A stretch of 64,000 bases of DNA from Chiloscyllium plagiosum (taxonomy: Eukaryota): contig NC_057718.1 in the NCBI RefSeq assembly GCF_004010195.1, positions 42,360,901 through 42,424,900 on the forward strand, in the 5' to 3' direction. Positions 51,575 to 63,592 of the stretch are shown one piece after another. The number at the start of each line of letters is the position of its first letter. Position 1 is the stretch's first letter. A program made the position numbers and the translations under genes. A model generated the notes under the pieces. That model was not told where the DNA came from. It did not search any database and saw only the letters and a program-made list of their open reading frames with translations.

Positions 51575-53605
51575 AGAACTAGAGGCAGATATAGGCCATA
51601 AAGGCAATTGAACTTGCACTGTCATTCATTGATGACCTTGAACTCCAATTGCACTCTTCCAGCTGCTCCCCATTATGCTTTCATTCCCCAAGAAAGCAAA
51701 AGTCTGTTTTGCTTTAAAATATTTCATTGATGGAGCAACCATAACCCTCTAGTGTACAAGATTCCAAAAATTCACAATCCTTTGGGTGAAATAATTTCTC
51801 CTCAACTTAGTCCTAAATGATCAGCATCTTACCCAGAGATTATGCCCCCAACCTTTAGAAATTTTGACCAGCAGAAAGAATCTCTCTGCCAAATCTATCC
51901 AATCCTTTCAGAATATTCAGTGCTGGGACTACAATTGCTTACAATATGTATTCATATCTTGGAGAAAGGAAACAAATGTACTGTAAACAAAATTGTAGCC
52001 AACACAACATAAGTGGGAAGGCAAGTTGTGAGAGGGAACAGTTTACAAAGACATTTTAATAGGTTACGTAAGTGAGCAAAAAGTTGGCAAATACAGTACA
52101 ATGTGGGAAAATATGACATTGTTTAGTAAGTAAGTTAGCTCACTTAGCTAGAAGGTTTGCTTTCAGATGTTTTGACACCATGACTAGGTAATATCATCAG
52201 TGAGAGTCTCTGGTGAAGTGCTGGTGGTATGCCTCACCTCTCTATTTATAGGTCTTGGTTTCTTAAGGTGAATGATGTCATTTCCATTTTTTTCAAGGGA
52301 AGATAGGTGGGATCTAAGTCAATGTTTTACTGATGGAGTTCTGGTTAGAATGCCATGTCTCTATGAATTCTTGTGTGTGTCTTTGTTTTGCCTATCCTAG
52401 GATGTGTGTGTTGCCCCAGTCAAAGTGGTGTCGTTCTTTGTCAGTAAGTATGGAAACTAGTGATAGTGTGTCATGTCTTTTGGTGGTTAGTTCATGTATC
52501 CTAGTGGCTAGTTTCCTATTTGTTTATCCAATGTGGTGTTCTTTACAGTTCTTGCATGGTATTTTGTAAGTGACGTTAGTTTTGCTTGTGGTATCTAATG
52601 TATCCTTTAGGTTAATTAATCACTGTTTAAGTGTGTTGTTAGGTTTGTGAGCTATCATGATGCCAAGGGGTCTGAATAGTCTGGAAGTCATTTCTGTATG
52701 TCTTTGACGTAAGGTAATGTGGCTTTAACTTTTGGTTGTGTTGCGTCTGCTTGTTTGGGTTTGTTTCTGAGGACGTGGCAAATTTTGTTACTTGTCATCA
52801 AGCTGAGCTACAAATCTTCTCAAAACTCGCTAATGACATTGTTTATTTTGGAAGGGAGAACAAAAGAGCAGAATATTATTTAAAGGAAGAAAACCTCAAA
52901 GCAGCAACATAAAAAGACTTGGGGTGCTTGTGCATCAAATGCAAAGCTGACACACAGGGGCAGAAGGTAATCAGGAAGACTAAGGGAATGTTAGCTCTTA
53001 TTTCAAGGGGTTTGGAGTATAAAAGTATGGAAGTCTTATTGCAACTAGACAAAATGCTGGAATACTATCTGTATTTTTGATCCCTTTATTTAAGGAAATA
53101 TATCATTTCATTGAATGCAGTTTAGAGAAGGTTCATTAGGATGATCCTGGTATGAAGAAATTGTCATATGAATAAAGGTCAAACAGGTTGAGACAACTCA
53201 GTGGAGTTTAGAAGAATGAGAGGTGATCTCATTGAAACATACAGGATTCTTATGGGGCTCAACAGGGATTTTATTTGATCACAGGAATGCTGAGAGGATG
53301 TTTCCCCTCACAGAGAGTTTAGGATTGGAAGGCATAGTCTCAGAATTAAGGGTTGGCAATTTATGTCTGAGATGAGTAGAAATTTCTTCTCTCCAAGGTT
53401 TGAGAACTCCTTGCCACAGAGAGCTATGGGGACAGAGTACCATGTATATTTTAAGGTTGAGATAGATTCTTAATCAGTAGGGAAATCAAGGGTTGCAGAG
53501 AAAACACATGAAAGTAAACACGAGGAATGTCTATTGAATGGTGGCGTAGGCTCAACAGGCTGAATGGCATACTTCTGTTCCTATTTTTTTCACCATCTTA
53601 TGGTC
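51575..53605. mobile_element. CR1 LINE fragments (minus about 51575-51915; plus about 51915-53605)
   Basis: cagtgctggg..ca..tgcttacaat (SVLG), gagaaggttcattaggatgatcc, agaatgagaggtgatctcattgaaacatac. Confidence 0.75.
52126..52832 (-). mobile_element. Older Penelope-like element inserted in CR1
   Basis: Minus-strand KTNVTYKIPCKNCKEHHIG*TNRKLATRIHE..HFDWGNTHILG (GIY-YIG). Decayed hammerhead cactgatgatattacctagtcatggtgtcaaaacatc. Short inverted tail gagctacaaatcttct. 13-bp TSD atgacattgttta at 52113-52125 and 52833-52845. Confidence 0.85.
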
Positions 53606-54953
53606 TTGCAGTTACATAACAAGTCAAAATTACCTCCTTCGGGGTCATCTCTCTTTTGCATCCTCCTTAATTTTTTGGTCAATTAAACTGCCAAATAAAT
53701 TGGGCCTAAATTAACTTGGGTTTAGTAGAATGAGGAATGATATTATTGAAACATAATAATCAGGGTAGGTTTGAAAGGGCAGAGACTGAAAAGAAATTTG
53801 TTCTTGTGGGTGAATTCTAGGACTGTGGGCAAAGTTTCAAGATAATGTATCTCCAATTTAAGAAAATGATGACAGGAACTTATCTTTCTCACAGAACTGC
53901 CTTTGAGACAATCTGTTTTACTGAATTTGCCTTTGCCAATGTGGTGTTTATGGGATATTACCATATTGGAACAGTTGTTGTGTAGTCATTAAATAACCTA
54001 TTATTCTGTTATGTTTTCCAATGAAAGTTATGTTATTCCAATTCTTCTTTCTTTTGTGTGTATTTTAACTATTGAGTTAGACTAAAATCTGTTTTGCTTA
54101 AAACCGAGCAGTGTAACCAATCAACACAGCACCTTATACTTGCCCTTAAATAAGAAAATGTTAGGCTATCTATCTCCTTGATGTGTTTGAGGGGTGTTTG
54201 GTATAGCCCATAATAGGCCTGTCTCGAGTGGCCAAAGAGCCTAAACTTGTTTATATATCTTATTTCAATTTACCGTAAATCTATCTCGTCTAGTTCTCAA
54301 ATCTTCTACCAACAGCTTTTCTCGATGTCTTCATCTGGGACCCTCCTGATTTTGAAAACCTCAACCACATGCTCTCAATTTTCTCTTGTCTTGGAAGAAG
54401 AATGCTAATTTCTCTAACTTATAGCTGATATCCTCATTCCTGAAATAAATCTCCTAAATGTTTTCAGTAAAATCTCTGAAGCTTTACTTTTCTAAAGTTT
54501 GGACGCCAATTGAAGTTATACCGCCGTTTTATAAAGGTTCATGGTTTTGCATGCTGTGGGTTAGACTTTTGTGTCCTTCTAGAGTTGGAAGTCACTGAAA
54601 AACTGTTCCATCTTCATGATCAATTTAAATTTCCTGTATAAAAATATGTCCATACAATCTTTTCACAGTCATTAAGAGGTTTAAGACCATATATGTATAC
54701 CCTCTGATATTCAGCTTGGCATTGACAGCCTAAAGGGAAATTTCAATTTCCTGCCCTTTGTGTGTCTTCATCAAGACAAATGGGTTTTGGAAAATACCTG
54801 AAAACCTACCATGAATGAGAGTTTCAAAGCCTTGGACAATCAGTCAGAATGTTCCCAACATTGAAGTGTTCTGACAATTTCAAATGTCATTGTCTTAGAT
54901 GTTGGGTGTCTTTTACCTCAGTCCTGGAAAGTTAGCTTGACCATTACTTTGAT

Positions 54954-55084
54954 GAATTCCTGATGAAGGGCTTATGCCCGAAACATTGATTCTCCTGCTC
55001 ATTGGATGCTGCCTGACCTGCTGTGCTTTTCCAGCACCACACTCTCGACTTTCATCTCCAGCATCTGTAGTCCTCATTTTCTCC
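54954..55084 (+). mobile_element. Monomeric hammerhead-headed short retroposon
   Basis: gaattcCTGATGAagggcttatgcccGAAAcattgattc (CpG-decayed stem III). TSD ccattacttt at 54941-54950 and 55085-55094. Confidence 0.85.
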
Positions 55085-55949
55085 CCATTACTTTAATCAG
55101 CATTGTAGAAGTGTTGAGATGCACCACAGTACTCTTCCCATTTAAAAAAAATGTATTCAAAATTGAAGAATGTAGTAGTTTGGAACTCAGGTGTCCTGAT
55201 TTGAAGTGATTTAAATTTGACAAAGGAAAATTGGCTCGAACATTTTATTCAGAGATTTTAAAAAAGCTGGATGTTCCTGCACTAATTTGATTGAGAGAAC
55301 ATATAATGTACCCGAGAAAAAGCCTGGTTATACGGTTATTTTCAATAATCTCTATTACTTTCAGTTACAAATGTTTATTTTCCTACAATTACAAATAAAC
55401 CAATTACAAACACTTGATTGACTTTTTAAAAAATTCATAAGCACCTCAGAGGTGAATTGTATAGTTTTATTGACAATCTAAAGATACATTATTACAGAAT
55501 AGTTTGTTTGTTTTTACAAACAAGGACTTGAAAAGTATCAACTTTTTCCCTCCAAACCCAAAACACCTGAAAGAATTGTGCCACTCACTATTTAAACTTT
55601 CTGAAGCTCTGGATCCTCTTGGTGCACTACTTGAAGGCTGCAGGGTGGACACTTCTTAAGATTTGCTTAGCCACTTAAATTAATGCTTGCTTGGCTGGAA
55701 AGGCAACACTTTCTCTCATCCTTGGAAAAAATCACTTCACTGCAATAATCAGTTCCTTCAGTAGGATCTCCAGGTATGTCAGAATGACAGTGACAGATCC
55801 AAGAAACAACATTTCCAGGTTACTCCTCCATTCCTGTAACTGTTGGAAGTATCAAAAGGCACATGGTGAACTTTTGTAGCCCATGTCATTGTCCCTCTAA
55901 CTGAATCTTTTTCCACACAGAATCTTGATAGAATGATGTGTTCTCCTGG

Positions 55950-56157
55950 GCTGAAAATGTGTTGCTGGAGAAGCGCAGCAGGTCAGGCAGCATCCAGGGA
56001 ACAGGAGAATCGACGTTTCGGGCATAAGCCCTTCTTCAGGAATCTGCCCGAAACGTCGATTCTCCTGTTCCCTGGATGCTGCCTGACCTGCTGCGCGTCT
56101 CCAGCAACACATTTTCAGCTCTGATCTCCAGCATCTGCAGACCTCACTTTCTCCTCC
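55950..56157. mobile_element. Young palindromic hammerhead-bearing short retroposon
   Basis: 75-bp inverted arms (55950-56024, 56045-56119) with one mismatch. TSD-like tgatgtgttMtcctgg at 55934-55949 and 56158-56173. Confidence 0.88.
56007..56044 (-). ncRNA. Minimal type I hammerhead ribozyme motif, intact core
   Basis: GAUUC-CUGAAGA-A-GGGCuuauGCCC-GAAAC-GUC-GAUUC. GUC cleavage triplet, ACGU palindromic stem III, stem I with one U-U mismatch. Confidence 0.78.
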
Positions 56158-56366
56158 TGATGTGTTATCCTGGATAACACATCAGCCCAGGATAACACAT
56201 CATTCTATCAAGATTCTGTGTGGAAAAAGATTCAGTTAGAGGGACAATGACATGGGCTACAAAGGTTCACCATGTGCCTTTTGATGCTTTCCCTAACTGG
56301 TGAGGGAACTTGGAGACGAAGTGCTAATGCAGTTAAGGGTCTTTGGAAAAGCTCTCCCATTAGAAT

Positions 56367-56690
56367 AAAAATGGCAGCAAAGTAGTACGCATCACCCGGA
56401 GGTCCTCTGCTCCGCCCATTCTTTTAATCTTCTTTTTCCTCCTCTTTTCTGAGTTTTTAATTGAAACTTTTAACTTTTTAAACTTACCTGAAGTCCAGGA
56501 GTTGAGTCCCGGACTGGAGGCAGTAATGGGGAGGTGGGTCCCAGACTGGAGGCCGGGAGGTGAGCTCTGGACTGGAGGCTACAATGGGGAGGTAAATCCT
56601 GGAGGCAAGTCCCAGACCGGAGGTCATAACAGAAGGCAAATCCTGGACCAGAGGCTGTAATGGGGAGGTAAGTCCCAGAAGTGAGCCCCA
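56367..56690 (+). mobile_element. 5' part of a non-autonomous element (same head as 2769) with an internal minisatellite of about 26-32 bp units (56504-56680)
   Basis: aaaatggcagc...ggtcctctgctccgcccattctttt. Units like agtcccggactggaggcagtaatggggaggtg. Confidence 0.6.
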
Positions 56691-57459
56691 GTGTAAACTC
56701 TCACATCTGGATGACAGTGGAGAGGTTTTGGACAAGGTTGGTGTAGTTAACTTCATCAAAGGCTGCACATAGGTCAAAGAAAGCTGAGAAGGGATAGGGT
56801 ATATTTGTCATAAATCATAAAGAGTGTCCTTTGTGACACTGACAACAGCATTTTAGCACTGTGGGATAGATACAAGTCCAATAAAAGGAAACGAGATATG
56901 GAGATCTTGGAGCTTATATCAGGTAGTATAGTGTCAGGAAAGGATGTTAGGTTCTCTGCAGGTTCAAGGTGGATCTCATAGACAAGGTGAGCTCAGAGAA
57001 GGCATGTGGAGAAATTGGAGATACAATAGAAATTGAGAGTTCAGTGCTTCAGTACGAGGGATTTGACGAAGAGGTAGGATAGAGACAGGGAAGTAAGAGA
57101 TGGAGATAGCTGAGGGGATGGTCTCAATCTTAATGCATTTAACATCTTTGCACCTGTTGCTGGATGCAAGGATGGAATAAATACAATGCAATTTCTATTG
57201 TCCCAGAGTATCCTAGGGCCACTGTCATTCGAGAAGATGACTGGTGGTGAGTTTAACTTGAGGGTCACCAAGCCTTAGGCGAAGGATGAAGTTGAGAAGG
57301 TGGGAGCTTCATGTCTATTGCTATTGTTGTTATAGAGGGAATGCAATTATTGCAGCTAAGGTTTAGGATTAGTTTTTGCTGGAGTTCAGAAGAATGGGGG
57401 CGGGGGTGGGGGGAGGGAGTGTCAGGCAGGGGGAGTTGCGGAGGGGTGGGAAGATTTCA

Positions 57460-57775
57460 TGCAAACCTAGAAGATTCGAGCAATACTAGCAATGGTATAG
57501 TAAGAAGGATATATTCCCAACGGTTGGGGAGTCCAGAACCAGGGATCACAGACTGGGTAAGTTATTTAGGACTGAGATGAGGAGAAATTTCTTCATCCAG
57601 ATAAAGGTGAGTCTGTGGAATTCGTGACCACAGTAAGTAGTTGTGGACAAAGAATTGTATGATTTCAAGAGAAAGTTGCGTATTGCAGTTGGGACTAAAG
57701 GAATCAAAGGACAATCTATTGAATCAGATGATCAGCCATGAGTAAGCTCAAATGACTGCTCTTGCTCTTCTACGT
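57460..57775 (+). mobile_element. CR1 LINE 3' fragment
   Basis: ggggagtccagaaccaggg...tttaggactgagatgaggagaaatttcttc. Confidence 0.75.
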
Positions 57776-58149
57776 TTAACCTTGCCAGTGCAGGAGTTGA
57801 TCCTTCATTGTTGATGTCACTGCATTGGAAACCAGCCATCTAGCCAACTGAACTGGTTATGATAACTTTACCAACAACAATGCAGTGTTCTCTCACTACC
57901 ACAACTAAGCATCAAGAAGCTGAGGTTCAAATCCCACCCATTTCAGAGGTGTATGACAACATTTCTGAATAGGTTGATTGGAGAATATTTTTCTTTAAAC
58001 TAGAACATGTGTTGAAGATATAAAATGAAAATTTGAACCTTGTGCTTCTGACAGAGGCTAGACTACTATTATTGAGCTAATTCTTAATTACTGTTACTTT
58101 CTTGTTGTTCTATTGTTGTTCAATAAATTACAGCTTGAATCTAGAGGTA

Positions 58150-58985
58150 TAGTGGTATTTCATTGACTTTTCAATTATGTTTTCCACTGCTGGATGAGCA
58201 GAAATTTTCTCCAATTAAATTTTAGAAAGATTGAAGTCATTGTTTTCCTGCCTCCACTTCAAAATCCACTCCTTAGGTAATGATTCCTGCCTCCTCCCTA
58301 TCAATTACTTGAATTAAAGCCAGTCTGTTTGTAACCTTTGTCACATTTGGATTGAAAGTTCGGAACTCATTCTTGCCTTCATCAAGATCTTCAGTTTCCA
58401 CCTATGAAATATTGTCTCACTTTAACCACAACTCAGCTCATCTGATGTTGAAATCTTTTCATGCTTTTGCCATCTCTAGACTTGACTATTTCAAAACATT
58501 ACTAGCTATCCTCTATATGCTATTCTCCATAAACTTGAGAACATCAAAATTTTGCTGCAAATGACATTAATATGAAAGTCCTGTTCCTCTGTCACCACTG
58601 TTCCTGCTGACCTACATTGGCTACTGGTCAAGTGACATTGTAATTTTAAAATTCTCAGCTTCATTTAAACATTTACCCAAAGCCTCACACCTCTGTAATA
58701 GTCTTTGGTCTTCAGAGATATTTGCACTCGAAAATCAGGCAGGCGCAGAAGGTCAGAATGAATCTTTCCACCAGTGGTGTCTGGTGCCTAAGCTCTGAAA
58801 AAGCCTCCCGACATCTCACTTTCCTTATCTAAGGCACTGCTTAAAACATTCCTCTTGGACCAAACTTTTGGTTATTTGACCCAATTTTTCTTACATGGCT
58901 CACTGAGACATTTTGAAACACATTATAATGTTTCAGTGAAGCAACTTGGGAAATTTCATTATATTAAAAACCACTATAGAGATAT
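58150..58985 (+). mobile_element. L2-like LINE 3' fragment
   Basis: HAFAISRLDYF (58352 ORF) and gtcaccactgttcctgctgacctacattggct, typical of L2 C-termini. Confidence 0.7.
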
Positions 58986-61399
58986 AGTTGTTGCAGATGA
59001 CAAATCAGGTATGAGATAATTTATAAAATAACTTCCTGCTCAAAACCTTGATGTGTTATGAATTCTACCTGGCTATTAGGAAGGGTAAAAACAATTTCAA
59101 AAAAGGGAAGAGCCAAGACGATGAGAGTGAAACGAGAGAGATAAAATAGCTGAAGTACCACATGATTATGGCATAGTGGTAATTTCACTGGTCTAATAAT
59201 CCCGTTAATGCTTTGGGGTCATGGGTACAAATTCCAGCAAGCCAGCTGGTGGAATTTAAATGAATTCAATTAAAATAATGCAAAGTTTATAAAGCCAACT
59301 CCATGCAGTTGGGGCTCACCAGAAATACATACAGAGCTGTTCCTTAAAAATTAAGCAGCAAATGATAGTCTGTAATGCTTGAGAGTTGAGGTTGAGGAAA
59401 GTCCAGGATCAGTACATACTGAGTGCAAAAAGGATTTCAGGCTCAACAAAGTCCAGGAACTTTCATTTAATGTGCAGTTGATTACACATGACCTGTGCAT
59501 TTATGCTAACCTTGCGCTGGTCCTATATGTTAAGAGTCTGAGATATGAATGCTGACTATTTGCTTTGACAACTCTTGAATGATAAAATTTTTGTTCATTT
59601 AGAACTGTGAACCTTAAGGCTTTGTTCTCAGTGCAATATGAAATCATAGAAATTAATCAAATATTAATACAACTAAAATTACTAGTTCCTAACTGGATTG
59701 TAACAGCTTCTGGGGTAGAAGAGTCTTTTTCTGGATTATAACAGTTGTAAATGAAATATAATTAATTAGAAAGGCTTTTTTAATTATTTCAAACACAGAT
59801 GTTTGAAACTTCAACTTGTTCCAAAAATACTCGAGGCACATATTGATATTTAGTTTTGAGCTGTTATTTGTATGCCAAAACTATTGTCATTGATTAATAC
59901 TTGTTGGAAAATTTCAATGGAAGCAAATGTGTACTCAGCAGATAACATCATCTCAACAGCAAAGCATATCCAATTCAAAAGGTCAGCTGTAAGTGACCTT
60001 TTGAATCATCCAATCAATTATGCAGATTGTTCATTAAGTAATGTCAGTCTAAAACCAACCAACTCAATGCCTTACAACTGTAATGACATTTAATCTATGA
60101 AACTGGTATTTCAAATTGTAGAAATAAAAATTGAGTTACAAAATGTTGCTGAGTCAATATGCAAAACACCAACAGAATTAAAAGGGTATTGAGGGTCAAA
60201 TATTGACTCTCAAGATGCAAGTTTTGCAGTTACACAAGGATTGCTGCTAACATTGAACCATCATTGGACCATCACTGTGTGTTCAGGGCACCTCATGTGC
60301 ATACAATAGGAAGGTACTAGATTCTTAACACAGATAGGAAAATCCATTGTGGTTCTACTTCACGAACCTTCAAACACAAGTGACCAATATCCACTACAAT
60401 TTTCCTAGCCTAGAATCCACTGGTCAGGCAAAGTTCATCTACTGGAAATTTCACCCTTTACAAAGGAACTTAGAATCTGCCAGTGTCTTGGCAGGAGATT
60501 GCAGGAACTTGGAAAGAACTTTGTCTCCATTATCAGTTTGTCTCAAACAATTTCTGCCGAGTATTTATCACGATGTTACACTTTCTTGCATTAGACAGAA
60601 CAGCAGAAATCCACAGGCTTATCCATGCTTAACATATGTTTATATGATGAGTGATCTGAAGGATGAGTTTTCCCATTTAGCATTATCATCTTTCCCTCCA
60701 TCCTTCTTAAAACAACATATACATCAAATATTTCATGGCACAGCCAAGATCAAGTAAAATATTTTTCACACAGTGTTACGAACACGGGGTAAACTCGCCT
60801 GCTTAATTTAACACCAGCAACACAGAGACGATTTATCCTGTGCAGTAATGTGTAAAAACTTGAGTGGCCAAGAACTATATAAAGTAAAAATTAACAATTT
60901 TATTTCTTCAAGTATAAGAGTATAATTAACTAACCACTATTTACAATTTCTTTCTCTTAACATTAAAGAAATTCCAAATTAAACTGAAGGCCAAGCTGTT
61001 CATCCTATTCTCAAACTCTTGCGTTGTTATACTTAGGGGGCAAACTTCTAATTTGATTTTTGACTTCAACAACTATTCTTGTATTGTTGTATAGGCAAAA
61101 TGTTCCATCGATGACAAAGTAGTGGCTAACTCTGGTTTACCTTGAAACTTTGTTGCTGCTTGCAAGACAATCACATTAAAGCTCCCCAGAATGCTCTGCA
61201 CATAAACAATAATTTCTATAATCTATAGAAAATGACACTTCATGTTTCATGGCATATGTTCCCAACTGATTTTGTTGAACAATATTAATTTCTTTATCAG
61301 TTTTTACATGACAGCAATTCACATATTTCAGGTAAACCACACGGGGGCAATTTTTAAGTTTCACCCAGAAAGGAACGAAATTACTGACAGCTCAGCACC

Positions 61400-62300
61400 G
61401 GGGAAGGAGGGGTATCCTTCAATTCACCTTTGAAACCATGCTAGTAATGTCAAGCCCAAAAGAAGATGGAAGACATTTGGAGACAGCTATTGAAAGGTTA
61501 GCAGTAGGCCTGAAGGTTTTGAAAGTTTAGGAAGAACATTCATCCTCCTCCTATTTCAAAACCAATTTAGAAAAATGTCCCTGAGGAAAATAATGCCTTC
61601 ACAGAGTTTCTAAGGTCTGCTTGTTAGGCTGTTTCATGCTGGTATTAATGGACAGTGTATGCAATGCCATTCTTTTTAAATGGTACTGGGGTCTCATAAT
61701 CAGACTTAGCCGAAGACCTGAAATAGAACTAATCCTTTCCAGAAACTTTACTCCCTTTCCCTATCATCCTGTAGACCCCAGAGGCAGTGGCAAAGCTGCC
61801 CCTAAACCTGCTGTAATTTCTCTTTGGACTGATCATTTACTCCACTGCCATCCTTGTGGGGGTGTGGCCAAACACTGGCAAATTCAAGAACTCAACAAAA
61901 CATTTTTAAAAGACTTCGAGTATTTTCAGACACAACATGTGGGAAAAGGTCCAAACATTACCTTATCTCCAACCAGGATGCTTGCTCCTTCAAGCAATTC
62001 TGTTGCTATGCCCACCATTCTCATCATACTTCTGTTTTCAAAGAATGGATATCATAGGCATTGTCAAAACCTACATTCTACAGATTTGGGATCCTGGCAT
62101 TATATCAGCATATTGGATGATGTTACATCAGGATAGTATAAAATTAACACATGTAGGTGCATGGAGAGGACATACCTGCACGAACCCATAGCCTTGGCAA
62201 ATGCTACACAGGTAGCAGCTGACAAAGCATCCTGACCCAGAAAAGCCAGATAGGCCTTGAATCAGTATGATTCATCATGTGCATCAGGAGATAAAAGACT
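61400..62300 (+). mobile_element. Possible ancient L1/Tx1-type RT remnant
   Basis: LQPGCLLLQAILLLCPPF...GIISAY then, after a frameshift, DDVT resembles RQGCPLS..LY.L..EP...SAYADDV. Confidence 0.3.
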
Positions 62301-63117
62301 TTATTGAAGATCAAATCAATGAATGTATTTTGCTTCTGAATTTTGGACACAAATGTGAACACACAGCACATATATCTTATTAAAACACTGAAAAGATTAG
62401 CCTTTGGATTCTTAACAAGGTGTATGTGCTGTGTTCAAATTTAAGTCCAAAGTTCACATACAAAGATTAGCTTTTGAGCTGCTTCACTGGCACTTTGTCA
62501 TAATCTTTAAAAATGCAAAGTTCGTTACTATGTTCATTTGAACAAGTTTTGTGTAAATTACTATAATTGTTTCATGCATGCATAACTACATTAAACAATT
62601 GAATTGAAGATGATTGCTTATTACCTTTCATCTTAAAATCTGTTATTTTTTTGACCACATTCTGCTCGTACAACCAAAAGGAAAGCAAATGATTTCCAAG
62701 CTTCCACCAATTATACTCTTCAGTTAAACTCCACTTGTTAGACAAAATGACTTCATTTCTAACTTACCTTCTGTCCTGGTTTTAACTATTATCTATGCTT
62801 AAACCCAGTCATTTCAGGTTACACCAAAGCCTCACTAAATTAGGAAATGAGAGTCAAAACCGGCATTTTAACATTCAGCTATACTGTATACTATGTTAGG
62901 ATGCTAATATGTTGTTTCATAATCAAGATTCCCAAGTATTGCATTTCACTTTAGACACCAATTACTGTATCCGAGCTGATTTTTTGAAACTCATTTAATA
63001 TTTTTCTGACAAGTCTCAGTAGTGCCATATTTCAGAGTAAATACTAATGTTCACGTCAATCTGGTTTTATCTCCTGATGCACATGATGATAATGCTGTAA
63101 GTGGTCTAATAATAATA

Positions 63118-63212
63118 GAATCAGAGTTATACAGCACGGAAACAGATCCTTCAGTCCAAGTTGTCCGCATCAACCAGATATCCTAAACTAGTCTAACCCC
63201 TTTTGCCAGCAA
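63118..63212 (-). mobile_element. HER1 LINE extreme 3' end
   Basis: agagttatacagcacggaaacagatccttcagtccaa matches the same tail at 2666-2705. Confidence 0.8.
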
Positions 63213-63592
63213 TAAACGGTATATATTTTCCTAAAATTGCAAAATGCAAACCAATATCTACTGTTTTTGGCACCCACAAGATGGCATAATGGTGACAAAG
63301 AAATGCATCAATAATTAACATATACCAGTACATTATTAAAACTCAACCATACACTTTGTTAAATTCTGTTACATTTATAAACCATCTTGCTATATAGAAA
63401 TATACTTCTAAGAACAATTTATATTATAAATTGAATTCCTTTGTCTGAACTATATTAAAAGAAAGAAGTTGGCACTTTTCCAAATGGATACTCACTTTGC
63501 TTCTGATTTAGATTAGCAAATATAGCATAAAAGCATATTTAGAGCACATTTTGATGCCATCATTTGTTGAATAATGAGGGAGATTTATTTAC

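Noticed and set aside
56504..56680. CRISPR-like repeat array
   Set aside because: Degenerate head-to-tail minisatellite without unique spacers, in vertebrate DNA with no cas genes.
61621..62136. 171-aa ORF as a novel gene
   Set aside because: Non-ATG start, no recognisable domain, antisense within an intron. It is better explained as a decayed LINE RT region.
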